A stretch of 64,000 bases of DNA, from positions 13,950,001-14,014,000 of the forward strand of contig NC_087436.1 in assembly GCF_036321535.1 (NCBI RefSeq). Reading direction: 5' to 3'. This DNA is from Camelus dromedarius. Its lineage: Eukaryota. A program made the translations under genes and the position numbers. This document shows, piece after piece, positions 1 to 12,112 of the stretch. Every line of letters begins with the position of its first letter. The stretch's first letter is position 1. The notes below the pieces were generated by a model that saw only the letters and a program-made list of their open reading frames with translations, ran no database searches and was not told where the DNA came from.

Positions 1-879
1 CTTCCTACAGCACTGGTCTCTCAAAAGCAAAGTTGAGAAAAATGGAGAATGCTCCATCTGCCTTGTTTATGATGTGCATTAGAGGAGCTGTCCGGTGCTT
101 ACATAATTAGGATGGCATAAAAGATTGGCGGGAAAAAGGCTCTATGACTTGTATGTGTCAAGGTGAGTCCCACACACCTTGGCTTTCATCCTTCGTACAT
201 ACCCGAAGTGGGTGAGGGGGAAAAGAAGCTTCTGGGCCTCCCAGTGAGATGCACGTGCTGTATCTCTTGCTTTGTATCCTTTGCCAGTGCTTACTAACCA
301 TATTATTAAATTAAAGCCTCTTGGTGTCTTGGGAGTCTGACTGGCAGCTTGAACCCACGACCGCAGGTGTGCTGGCCTGCCCAGGTCTGAGTTCTTTCTT
401 ATGAGGCTTCAGAAGCCCCTTCTCAGCCTGAAGATGTCCTTTACAGAGAAGACCCAAGCAAAACACAAGGTTCCGCGATCCCTCATACACCACACCGGAG
501 CAGCATGCTACCCTCGCCTTATTCTTTGTCTTGCTCTCTGACAAAAATATCAAAAGCAAGCAAGCAAACAGCTCTTTTGTTTTGCCAGTGTTTGGCCTGG
601 CTAATTTTAAGCTGACTGCCTGTCCGGAGTATACCCGGAAGGTAACTTCCCAGCCCTAACTCCGGATCCTCAGTTAGACTGATGTCCACACGGATGAGCA
701 CATCAGTACCAGGTGTTGTTTTTTCTCTAAAGCAGTTTCACCGTCACAATTTTCATCTGGACAATTAAATTCACGGCGGTGCCAAGTTCCTGCTTGCCTC
801 AGCGGCTCACGGGGTTTAATTAATCAGTGCAGTGGTTCTGACTGCCAGGTTGGAATTTGGAGTCAGGGATTCTAGGCAG

Positions 880-1660
880 CAAATTTCCCTCGGTGACGGC
901 CCTGCCGAGGCCAAGGATAAGGCTGAGGCCGAGGCCAGACCTGAGCTGGGCGGGGCAGAGCCGGGACCGACAGGCGCCGGGAGCCGGGAGGTGGCCGATG
1001 TGGGTGCGCCGCTAATAATGCCTGACTGGACGCGGACTTCCTCTTCCCCGCACTCCTTCCTCTCTGTCCCACGAAATGGATTATTTTTTAACCGACATGC
1101 AGTTCAGAGACAACCTTCAAAAAGTTCATGCTGTTGACAAAATAATTCTGCTTCTAGAACTCTAGTCTACGGTAACAATCACACACACGGGCCAACCTCC
1201 CGCAGCCCTGGCTTCCCAGACCAGCCGGAGCCCCGAGAGCATTCACCGGTCCCACCGCCCGCCTGGCGGTGGTTTCCATGGCAACAGACTCGTCCCCCAG
1301 GCAGCGTCCTCCACAGAGATGTCCGCGGCTCTGCTCACATTCTGAATCTTTTTCCCCCTACCCGGGGAGTTTTCTTTTCTGACCTTATTTCTCACCGGGA
1401 GACAGGACCACTGTATAAAATAACTGATTTAAGTGGTGGCGATGGCAGCGCCAGGGACGGGGAGGGGCGCAGAGGGAGAGTCAGGCCTTTTTATGCAGTG
1501 ACAGCAGTAAAGGCTGTGAGCTGGGGGATCGCCCAGACCTGCCCCCTCGGCTGATGTGGGTGCGCCCCCTGCGGCCCTTTCCATCCCCTGGGACTGCGGG
1601 TCTCCCGCCTTCCGGCCCGGCAGGTTTCCCTGTCTGAGCTCACGTGACCAAGGTGCCACA
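880..1660. promoter_or_regulatory. CpG-enriched promoter/enhancer-like region with RFX X-box
   Basis: Local CpG enrichment. GC box near 947-955, palindromic X-box GTTTCCATGGCAAC at 1272-1285, TATAAAA at 1414-1420, TCACGTGA E-box at 1640-1647. Confidence 0.6.
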
Positions 1661-2119
1661 GAGTCAGGCTGGGACTTTCTCCCGTTAACATGCCTGAGTT
1701 TCCTGAAGACTTCTAGGGCTCGGTTCTTTTAACCCAGAGGGTGGTACTAAAGTCGGAGTCCAGGCATCTTGGCCGGGGGAGATAATCTGAGGATGGCGGA
1801 ACTTGACATCACCCGGAGGAGGCTGCCTCCCCCGTACCTGTAATCAGGAGAGAGCATTTTCTTAAGCACCATATGTGGCATCACACCACACTGGTCACCT
1901 GGATTAGAATCATATTAGGAATCTCAGCAAGAAGTTGTAATTAAGGCACAGGCTCTGGAGACACATCTGTATTTGCTCTACATTCAGGCTGCTCATTGCC
2001 TCTGTAATCTCATTTGTAAACCATCGCCTCATAAGGCTGTGGTGATGATTGAATGCTATAGGAGTAAGTGCCTTGGCACCATGCTCAGTGCACCGCAAGT
2101 CTCAAGTAACTGTGACCAG

Positions 2120-2350
2120 AAGCCGTGTGGGGCGGTGGTGGAGAGTATGGGCCTTAGTGCCAGGGTGGATTTGAGTTCTGGCTCTGCCACTTAAGACTTG
2201 GAGTAGGTAATTTAACCTCTCTGTGCCTCAGTTTCCTCATCTGTATAATGGGGATAATAATGGGTTATTGTGAGAAGGAAATAGATTAGTCTATGAAGAG
2301 AACCTACCCCACCCAGTACCTGACATGCAGCAAGCAGTTAGTCAGGTATT
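2120..2350 (+). mobile_element. MIR SINE
   Basis: MIR core motif aacctctctgtgcctcagtttcctcatctgtataatggggataat. Confidence 0.8.
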
Positions 2351-2498
2351 GCTAGGGTAGTGGTACTAGCAGTCCTGCCACTACTAGATTTGAGTTCCTT
2401 TGGGAAAAATGATTCCCTTTTGGATTCCTAGAACCTAGCCCCTACAGCTTCAATAAACATTTTTTTTGATGAATGAATGGATTAATAATGTACTACTC

Positions 2499-2613
2499 GG
2501 TGGGTTGGGTGGTTACAGCTCAGTGGTAGAGCATGTGCTTAAAATGCACAAGGTCCTGGGTTCAATCCCCAGTACCTCCATTTCAAAAATAAAAATAAAG
2601 TAACTATTTAAAA
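2499..2613 (+). mobile_element. Vic-1-type tRNA-Ala-derived SINE
   Basis: A box tacagctcagtgg, B box ggttcaatccc, A-rich tail, imperfect TSD aataat(g/a)tactactc. Confidence 0.9.
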
Positions 2614-3709
2614 AATAATATACTACTCCCTATTAATTCTTTTCTTATACCAACTAAAATAAACCATTAAATAAGAGTGGGCAGAATCATGCAAAATCAG
2701 AAATGCGCTATCTGTTCACTTTTATCGTCCTGGCAGCACACCGCCTCCACTGGCCTGTCACCCACTTAGCAGGGTATCTCCCGGCTGGCTTTGACACAGC
2801 TGAGAAAGAGACTGCAGTGCTACTTTGTTGCTCTTGGTGAGTCCTCACACCAACTCCTAATCACAGGTCAGTCCCGGAAAGGAAGGGGGGTCTCTGCTCC
2901 AAGCCCACCTGCACCTGAAAGAAAGAGCCCTGGTACTTTCTGCTGGTCATCGGCCAGTGGGAACGAGTCCTCATGGGCCAGCTCTGGCCTGGGGAGTCAG
3001 CAGCCTTCTTGGAAAGATAAGAAGAGAAAGGATTCCTTCTGGCACCTTTGCAGAGTCCAGGTTTTTCCCTTTGATGGAGCTCACCATCTCTGGATGTGAG
3101 GATGGGAGGCCTCGCTTTCATGTCCTCCTCTGAATGCACGTGCTCTAAAGCAAACACCCACTCACCCAGCCTTTTCCTGAAGTGGCTGGCAATGTGTCTG
3201 GGCTGGGTGCCAGGAAGCCACAGTGACACCCGGGGTGAGGGGAGCAGGGGCAGGCAAATAGGAGGAGCTAGGCTTACAGCAGAAGAGGTGTGCAGGCCGG
3301 TCAGGTTGGGCCAGGACAGGGTGAGTCACCTTGGTTCCAGGTGGAGTCATCGCTGTCCTGAGGGCCAGTGCAGGGGAAGCCGGACTCCTCCTTGATAATG
3401 TCTTTCCTCTTCCTGTCTCCCTTCTTCCCCTATTCTCCTGCCTTCTCCTGACTCCCCACCCACTTCCTTCATTCAAACAGCTTTTAATTTAGCTCTACCA
3501 TGTACTAGGCATTGTGCTGGGGTCCACAGTCAGTCGCCAACTTTAAGGAATTGGTGTGCTCTCATGAGAGACAAAGTCTCAGTGAAACATCAGTTACATT
3601 AATAAAAATGAAAACAAGTGTGATATCAAATAAGCAGTCTTTATCTGTGCCCTCCACCACAGACCCAGCCAGCAAGGATGCTCGGAGGTGTCAGTCCAGC
3701 CACCTGGAA

Positions 3710-3950
3710 TGCTGTTCCATGGTGGATGGTGTTCCTGACTCTGGAATCAGACAGATGTGTGTCCATATCCCAGCTCCGACCCTGACTGGCAGATTGATTT
3801 GGGGAAATTATACCACCTGCCTGACTCTCCTTTTCCTCATCTGTTAAAAGGCGATAGAAGAGTTACACCTTGTAGGGTGGTTACAAGGATGAACTAAGCT
3901 GATGCCTGAAGGATGCTGAGCCATGCCTGGCATGCAGTAGGACTCAAAAG
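3710..3950 (+). mobile_element. MIR SINE (degenerate)
   Basis: Core-like ttttcctcatctgttaaaag and the 3' motif gcctggcatgcagtaggactcaa. Confidence 0.65.
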
Positions 3951-3970
3951 ACATCAACTGTGGTGGTGGG

Positions 3971-4122
3971 TTTTTTTTTTTTTTTTCTGTTTCTTTTTTG
4001 GGGGTGGTGTGTAATTAGGTACTGGGGATTGAACCCAGGACTTCATGCATGCTAAGCACACACTCTACCACTGAGCTATATCCTTCCACCAACACCCAAA
4101 CCCCACCCCTGCCCCCGCCCCT
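3971..4122 (-). mobile_element. Vic-1-type SINE
   Basis: Reverse-complement tRNA-Ala head at 4018-4087, poly-T tail, TSD tggtggtgg on both sides. Confidence 0.9.
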
Positions 4123-4149
4123 TGGTGGTGGTTTTAATTACTCAAGGCT

Positions 4150-4482
4150 TGGGGGTCAGCACGCTTTCTCTGTAAAGGTCCCAACAGTAAATGCCTTAGA
4201 CTTCATGGGCCACACATTCCTGTTACAACCGCTCAGCCCTTGTGTATAGTGAAAACAACCATGGATGGTATACGAAGCAGTGGAGCTGTGCTGCAGGACA
4301 AGTGCATTTATAAACCCTGAAGGTGAAATTTTATGTAACTTTCATAGGCACAAAAATTGATTTTTCTTTTGACTTTTTCCCCCCAAGCATTTAAAAACAT
4401 AAAAACCATTCTTCACTCCCTGGCTGTACTAAAACAGGCAGCGGCCAGATTTGGCCCACAGGCCATGGTTTGCCCACTTCCG
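4150..4482. mobile_element. hAT-Charlie MITE, MER58(B)-like
   Basis: Ends ggggtcagca...tttgcccacttccg. Internal tctgtaaagg and ggccagatttggcccacaggcc motifs are typical of MER58. Confidence 0.75.
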
Positions 4483-5781
4483 ATCAAGTGTAAGGAAATG
4501 GTTGCACTTCCTTTCATGGATTTGGCCTCAAAGGGAAATCCAGTCCATGAGTCCATCAGACCCTAACTCAGTGTCTAATTCAAGCCTGACTTATTTTAAC
4601 AAGGGTACTGACTGACCCAAGAACAGCAGAAATCTCATAAAAGAAAAACAATACTGGAGAGAAGCAAGATGGCGGAGTAGAAGGATGCTCGTAGCTCACC
4701 CTCTCCCACAAATACACCAAAACTCACACCTATGGACCCACTCAGCCAACCAGAGCACTTGCCAAACTCCGACAGAACATCGCCCTCTTCGAAAGACAAA
4801 GACGCTAAAAATCTGGTAGGAGAAAAGGAAAAAAGAAAGAAGAAAAAACCAAACAGTGCAGGAGCGGTCCTGCAGGGAGGAAGCACAAAGGAGTAATACC
4901 ACTTGTTCACTGGGTCTCCCCTCTCCAACAGAGAGGCCAGCGGGATGGAGGGGGAGCCTCCGAGACTCAGATCTGCCCCGAGAACCCCTTGGCCAACAGA
5001 ACTGAGTTAAATAGGCACAGAGGGTCCCTGCAACACCCAGCCTGAGACGCGAGCCGGCAGCTGGGGCCGGGCCAGGTGGCCGGAGCCAGGCGGAGGACTG
5101 GGGCGGCTGCACGGAGGAAGCCCCGGGGGACTGCAGGGGGCTGCGCGCTGTGGCTGGGAGGGGCTATGGAGCAGAACAACCTTGGTCCCCCATAAATTGT
5201 GAAAAAAGCAAAGCAACACTGCTGGTGTGCCCTGGGGGGAGGGGCACTGTAGCCTTTATCTTCTCAGACCCGTGGCGCCATTACTGGTGCTTCTCGTGAG
5301 AAGAGAGGCAGCGCGAAGCCACAGCCACCATCTCCTTCTGTGCGCAGCGGCCGGGCAGGGGCGGGGCCAAGACCTGAATCCACACCCAGGGGCTCTGCAA
5401 CCTCCTAGGCAGGACTGAGACTTGTTTACAGCCCAAAGCAGATAGGATCTTTCTGCCCTGGCACCTCAGAGAACTCATGATGCCAAGACAAACGAGCTGA
5501 GATTTGGCACAGAGCAGGGGCGGGGCAGTTCCGCGGTCTTACCTGAGCCTACCTGCGGAGCACCCACCCAAGGCAGAGCGGGCAACTGCACAGAGCAGCG
5601 GAGCGACCAGTGCTGGGAGAGGGCGGGTGGCCATCTGCCTTCCTGGCAGGAACGCAGCACCTGACCACAGTGCTGGAAGGGGTTGCGATCCACCCACCTG
5701 CCTTGCCCGAGCGCAGCATCTGACTGTGGCATTGGGAAGGGGAGTGACCTGCCCGCCCACTGGCCACAGTGACTGAGAGAT

Positions 5782-6684
5782 ATGAGCAATATGAAGAAGC
5801 AGAGGAACCACTCCCAATTAAGAGATCAAGAGAAATCCCCTGAAAGCACGATCAAGGAAATAGACATTGATGGCTTACTAGATCAAGATTTCAAAAAAGG
5901 AGTAATCAAAGTACTGAAGGAACTAAAAGAAACAGTGTTTAGAGATATAAAATATGTCAAAAATGAAACAGAAGCTATGAAGAAGAACCAAGTAGAATTA
6001 GTAAACTCATTTGCTGAGATGAGAGCTGACCTAAAGGCTGTGCAAAGCAGCCTAGATAATGCAGAGGAACGAATAAGTGACCTAGAAGACAGGACAACAG
6101 AAAGCACCCAATCAGAACAGCTGAGAGAAAAACAAATAAAAAACAATGAAAACAATATAAGGGACCTATGGGATAATATAAAGCGTGCCAATCTATGCAT
6201 AATAGGGGTTCCAGAAGGGGAAGAAAGAACAAAGGGGATTGAAAAGGTATTGGAAGAAATCATGACTGAAAACTTCCCAGACCTAAAGAAGGAATCAGAT
6301 ATCCAAGTACAGGAGGCTCAGAGGGTCCCAAACAGGAAGAACCCAAACAGACCCACACTAAGACATATCCTAATCAAGATGGCAAGAGTCAAGGATAAAG
6401 AAATGATCCTAAAGGCAGCAAGACAAAAACAAAGAGTGAGTTACAAGGGAACCCCCATAAGGCTCTCAGCTGATTTCTCTACACAAACACTACAGGCCAG
6501 AAGGGAGTGGCAAGATATATTCAAAGTCCTGAATGAAGAAAAGATGCAGCCTAGGATACTCTATCCAGCAAGGCTATCCTTTAGAATAGAAGGAGAGATA
6601 AAGAACTTCATAGACAAGCAAAAACTAAAAGAGTTTAGCAATACTAAACCCATGCTAAAAGAAATATTCACAGGTCTACTCTAA
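5782..6684 (+). CDS. LINE-1 ORF1p (RNA-binding chaperone), 300 aa, intact
   Basis: Coiled-coil region, RRM (NLCIIGVPEGEE) and CTD (IRLSADFS, ARREW, YPARLSF) with no stops. Confidence 0.95.
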   Translation: MSNMKKQRNHSQLRDQEKSPESTIKEIDIDGLLDQDFKKGVIKVLKELKETVFRDIKYVKNETEAMKKNQVELVNSFAEMRADLKAVQSSLDNAEERISDLEDRTTESTQSEQLREKQIKNNENNIRDLWDNIKRANLCIIGVPEGEERTKGIEKVLEEIMTENFPDLKKESDIQVQEAQRVPNRKNPNRPTLRHILIKMARVKDKEMILKAARQKQRVSYKGTPIRLSADFSTQTLQARREWQDIFKVLNEEKMQPRILYPARLSFRIEGEIKNFIDKQKLKEFSNTKPMLKEIFTGLL

Positions 6685-6826
6685 ATAAAAAGAAGAAAGA
6701 TGCTACAAAAATGAGAAACTCATAACTGGAAAGGAGATAACTGCCATGAATTACAAAAAGAATAAAGACAAAATTGTAAAAGAAGACATCTAAATCATTA
6801 AGAGTGGGAGAGGGAAGCAAGGAAAG

Positions 6827-7195
6827 CCACTGTGGAAAACAGTATGGAGATTCCTCAAAAGACTAGGAATAGACTTACCATATGACCCAGGAATCCCGCT
6901 CCTGGGCATATATCCAGAAGGAACCCTACTTCAGGATGACACCTGCATCCCAATGTTCATAGCAGTACTATTTACAATAGCCAAGACATGGAAACAGCCT
7001 AAAAGTCCATCAACAGATGACTGGATAAAGAAGAAGTGGTATATTTATACAATGGAATACTATTCAGCCACAAAAACCGACAACATAACTCCATTTGCAG
7101 CAACATGGATGTCACTGGAGAATGTCATTCTAAGTAAAGTAAGCCAGAAAGAGAAAGAAAAATATCATATGAGATCGCTCATATGTGGAATCTAA
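6827..7195 (+). pseudogene. L1 ORF2 C-terminal remnant (last 122 codons, open frame, lacking EN and RT)
   Basis: Translates [30 protein letters not shown]...MFIAVLFTIAKTWKQP...SLICGI*. In-frame TAA at 6791 and no ATG between it and the junction. Confidence 0.9.
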
Positions 7196-10100
7196 ACAAA
7201 CAAACAAACAAACACAAATACAAAACAGAAACAGACTCATAGACATAGAATACAAACTTGTGGTTGCCAAGGGGGCGGGAGGTGGGAAGCTACAGACTGG
7301 GATTTTAAAATGTAGAATAGATAAACAAGATTATACTGTATAGCACAGGGAAATATATACAAGATCTTGTGGTAGCTCACAGCGAAAAAAAATGTGACAA
7401 TGAATATATGTATGTTCATGTATAACTGAAAAATTGTGCTCTACACTGGAATTTGACTCAACATTGTAAAATGACTATTACTCAATAAAAAAATGTTTAA
7501 AAAAAAGAAAGAAAAACAATACCTACAACTTAAGTGTGCGCAAGCAAAGATAGGTCAGTAAACAACCCCGACAATTTACTTGCGCACAAGATAAGACAAG
7601 AAAAGACAATCAGTTCTTTAGACGCATGGTCACCATGTGTCTTGCAGACAAAGGCAAGTTGCTTCCACAGATGCAAGAATTTGCAATGCATGTAGTTCAC
7701 TTCTCAGAGCTGTGTATGGAGAAACCCAGCTGTAGGAAACATCACAGGGGGTCACAGCACCCCTAAATTTTACACACAGGGGATGAGAGAAGACAGAAAG
7801 TGTGGTGAGTGTGAAGAAGGCTGGGAAAAATGAGGGAGGGCAGGAGGGACCTGCCAGAAACAGGCCAAGTCCCAGCCCTGGATAAATCAAACTGCAAATA
7901 ATTTCATTGTAAAACATTCAGATACCCCCAAGAAATGCCACGTAATTCCGAATTTCCTCCTCTCCTCGCCTCTTTCCCTAACTTCCTCGGCATCTGTGGA
8001 TGGGAATAGGACACTGTGCTTTACTTTCCACTGCGATCTAGGAAGGTTTTTATTTTCCAGTTCATATCAAATTCCTCGCAGGCCAGACATTCTTTCTCTA
8101 ATGCTATAAAAAGGCCATATTCTAGATACACTGCAATGAATAATTAAACTTGTTTCCCTTGAACCAGAGGAAATGCAAAGGCTTTCTTATAAAGCCATTC
8201 CAAGAAATCTATTCCTGTACATCTTTTCAAAACTATGTGTTATCCACCTCCTGCTGTCATTACTGGATAAAGTGTCTGATAATCCAGCCCGACTGAAGTG
8301 TTGAGCAGCCCTCAAGGTCAGATGTTGTAACAGTGGCCTCTAACTTGGTGGGGACTCTTCTCTGGGAAAAACACAGCCCAGTCACAGGTGTATATATAAT
8401 TTCAGTCACAGACAACCTACTGGCTCCCTGCAGAACTGCCTCTTTGTTTTACTGCTAAATAATGTGGAAAAGAAAGCAAAGCTTCTCTAGAAAGGAAAAA
8501 GTACGGAGCTGGGATCTGGGAGGGAACCTTGGCCAGGATGCACCCAACTGCATCCAGTGCTCAATTCGTGCCCATCCAGAAGCACAAGCCTGAAGTCAAA
8601 GAACCTGGCACCTTCTTTCATCTTTCCCCTGCCACGTGGCGTGGCACTGGTACTCTCTAAGGGGATATAAGCCACCCCTCCATCGTAGGGATTTTCGGAT
8701 CCCCAGGCTCAGACCAAAGGGCCTGTATCAAGGGATTAGACTCCATCACGTTCTAGTCCCAGTGGGGGCTCAGTTCACCACCCCAGCTCCTGGCCTGAAT
8801 TCTATTCTATTTCTCTTCTTGCCCTGGAGCCTCTCCACCAGTGACTGGAAGCAAGAAGGCACAAGACTCTCATCCTTTCATAGAACCAGAGGTATTTAAA
8901 TTTGGAAAGGACCAGAGCAATGATACAGTCCCCATGGTTTTAAAGCCACAAGATACTTTGTTTAAAGAACCAGTCCTGGTCCTGAGGGCCTTGCCAACAT
9001 GCTCACCTCTCTCTTGGCTGCCCCCACCCCATGCATCTCTTCAGAACACCTGGAGCTCTGTGCCCACATCCAGTCCATCACCATAGTACACACAAAGAAA
9101 CGGGTCTGCGGAGGTGACGTGACTCCCCCGAGGCCATGCAACTCCAAGTGGCAAAGCCTAGTACAGACTCAGGCCTCACTTGCACAGGCAGACCTGGGGA
9201 GCCGTCTTTGCAGGCTGCCCGGGTTTCATTATGACTACGTAGTTCTCTGGAGACTGTTCCACAACAGAAACGACTAGAAATACAAGCATAGGTGTATTTC
9301 TCACCAAGTGAAAATAGAAAACTGTATTGAGGAATAACAAACAGCTCTCATACCATGGCAGGTCTGCCCGAGGAATTAAAGGTTTAGAGTTTATGAATAT
9401 GCAAACCCTGCAGTCAAACAGCAGGAGTTCCCAAGATAGCAGAGAAACAGGAACCCACCACAAAGGGTGAGGATACTAAAAGGTTAAAACCCTGGCCATC
9501 CACTCGGCAAAGGGCAGGGAAAAAATAAACCAGGACATCCTGTTAGAGGGGGATTCACAGAGAAGACAGGCTCCTGGGAATAGAAAGGGGGGGAAAAAAA
9601 AAACCAAGACATAACAAACAGAGTGTATTTACCAACCCTGCATAGTTAAGAAGTTATGAATCTTCAGATTCTGACCTTGTCAATAAAAATCTGGCACTAA
9701 CATAAAAACAGAAGTGTGGAAGTTAAATCATTAGCCGTTGTACAGATGGCATATGAAGCCTTTTTAGCTAGATTTACTCCGAAGAGCGTGTTGTTGGCCT
9801 CAGATGACCAGTGAGTTCCGGCCCTTCCCTGAAGGGCCTTGGTAGGATTTCCATTCTATTTTTAAAAAGCTATTAACACATGTTTGTTTGCCCCCAGAAA
9901 TGAAAATGGAAGAACCCAGACTTAATTTAGACTTGCCCATAAGCCGATTCATGAAAAGAACAGATTTTATCTCGATTTTTCTTTTTGTTTGAACAGTCAG
10001 GGCTCTCCCAGCACCCCTGCTCCCAGCCCCCGACCCCCAGGTGCAAGGCTGCCCCTGCACCCTTGGCTCTCTGCCCAGATGGTGCCTCCTTGTCGTGACC

Positions 10101-10460
10101 TCCTCTTCCCTCCCATTGTAAGTGGTGTCCCCTCTTTGTTTTTTAGCACTTTACCCTGTTGGAATCCTTTACCACAATTGTGACAGTTTGTAATGACGTA
10201 TCTATTTGCTTGCTTGGTTAGAGCTGCCTTCCCCACCAAGCTGTAAACTCCACAAGGACAGGATCCTGCCCCAGTGATGTCCTAGCGCACATGCAATCTT
10301 GGCACGTGGCCTACAATAGCCCATGATGAAGACTGACTGATCATCAGTCTGCCTGGACGTTCCCAGGGCTGGACCAGCACTCCTAGGAGAACACAGTCTT
10401 ACTGGCCAGGTTCTCATGTAAAATGCCTTCAGAAGTACTTGTTACGGGAAAACGACTCAG

Positions 10461-10930
10461 TCATAAGGAAGAATAAAATAATGCCATTTGCAGCAACATG
10501 GATGGACCTGGAGATCGTCATTCTAAGTGAAGTAAGCCAGAAAGATACGATATCACTTATATGTGGAATGTAGAAAAGAAAAGAAAAGAAAAGAAAAAAG
10601 AAGACACTAATGAACTTACCTATAAAACAAAAACAGACTTGCAGACATAGTAAATAATCTCATGGCTACCGGGGGAAAGATGGTGGGAAGGAATAAATTT
10701 GGAAGTTTGAGACTTGCAAATGTTAACTACTATGTATAAAAACAGAAAAAATAAATTTCTTCTGTATAACGTAGGGAACTATATTCAGTATCTTGTAATA
10801 AGCTCTAATAAAAAAGAAATGAGAATGAATACATGTGTATATATGCATGACTGGGACATTATGCTGTACACCAGCGACTGACACATTGTAGCAGACTATA
10901 CTTCAATAACACAAAACAAAATAAAACACA
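10461..10930 (+). mobile_element. 5'-truncated camelid L1 (ORF2 end + 3'UTR)
   Basis: atgccatttgcagcaacatggatggacctggag, with a 3'UTR homologous to 7100-7500. Confidence 0.9.
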
Positions 10931-10959
10931 AAGCCAGAGTTATTTCCTAACCTGGAGAC

Positions 10960-11095
10960 TGAGCACTAATCACCACCCTCCATGACCTCATCTACCCCAA
11001 TTACTTCCCAAAGGCCCCATCTACTAATGAGTACCATCATGCTGGAGGTTACGGCTTCAACTCTGGCGGGGATCAAGCAATCAATCCATTACAGG
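10960..11095 (-). mobile_element. MLT1 (ERVL-MaLR) LTR fragment
   Basis: catgacctcatctaccccaattacttcccaaaggcccc motif. Confidence 0.6.
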
Positions 11096-11317
11096 AGCCC
11101 TTAGGTGTTTATACAGGAGGGTCTGGACCTCTTCTGCCCCTGTGACCCCATCTCCTGGTCCTCCCTGCAGTGATGAGAACATACAAACCACTTCAAGTTA
11201 CTGAGACACGAAAATCCCATGAGCAACCATGGGACATTTAAGCCCAGCAGCTCCAATGCTTGTAACTAGGGCTGGAATTGCTACAGGCTTGCCCTCCAAC
11301 GAATCTTCTAGAAAGGA

Positions 11318-11428
11318 TTTTTATTTTTATTTATTTATTTAAAGTACCATCAGTTACAATCTGTCAATTTCTGGTGTAGAACACAACGTCCCAGTGATGC
11401 ATAGACATACATATATTCGTTTTCCTAT
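11318..11428 (-). mobile_element. Short L1 3'-end insertion
   Basis: Poly-T plus reverse L1 3'UTR. 14-bp TSD tcttctagaaagga (11304-11317, 11429-11442). Confidence 0.9.
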
Positions 11429-12002
11429 TCTTCTAGAAAGGACTTTTAAATGCACTCATTCCAAGCCTCCAGGGAATCCCGAGTCTTTCCCCTCCCTCTG
11501 CCTTTGGTGCCTTGGTACACGTTTTCCCCCGGCCTGGAATCCAATCCTTTTCTTCTCTTGCTAGAGAGTCAGCTGATGCAACACCTCTATTCTGAAAACT
11601 CTCCTGACAGCCCTTTCACCCAGGCAACGTAACCCGCCCTCCCTGGATGGACTTCTGTTGCTGTACTTAGCACTCTCAGCAACAACTGTGGGTTTAAATG
11701 TCTGCCTCTCCTGCTAGAGAGCGACCTTCTGGCCCTGCCTTACCCATCTTTTTATCCCTGATACAGCAGGGTCTAGAAGTATTATGTAAGTGCTCAGTAA
11801 GTATCAGTCATTTACTCTGTGACTGTTACTTTTCCCTTGTACGTATTTTGATTCATGGCGTATGAAGGGCAAGGGAACTCACATTTATTTAGCCTGTACT
11901 ATGTACCAGATTCTGTGTTAAATGTACCATTTTATTCTCAAGGACAAATTCGTAAGATAGGAATTATTGGTTTGAATAAAACAGAGATTAAAGAATCGTC
12001 TT

Positions 12003-12112
12003 AAGAATATGAAAATGAATATATGTATATTCACGTATGACTTAAGAATTCTGCTGTACACCAGAAATTGACACAACATTGTAAACCGACTATATGTCAA
12101 TTAAAAAATTAT
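12003..12112 (+). mobile_element. Short L1 3'-end
   Basis: gctgtacaccagaaattgacacaacattgtaaaccgactat followed by an A-rich tail. Confidence 0.85.

Larger units (their letters stand above)
4655..7507 (+). mobile_element. Young L1 with full 5'UTR, intact ORF1 and ORF2 almost entirely deleted (half-L1-like)
   Basis: Perfect 15-bp TSD aaagaaaaacaatac (4640-4654, 7508-7522). YY1 motif caagatggcgg at 4665-4675, CpG-rich 5'UTR, ORF1, ORF2 C-terminal remnant, 3'UTR, AATAAA at 7484-7489 and A tail. Confidence 0.95.

Noticed and set aside
4635..5219. ORF0-like antisense ORFs in the L1 5'UTR
   Set aside because: Non-ATG starts in GC-rich sequence and no similarity to primate ORF0 that I can see.
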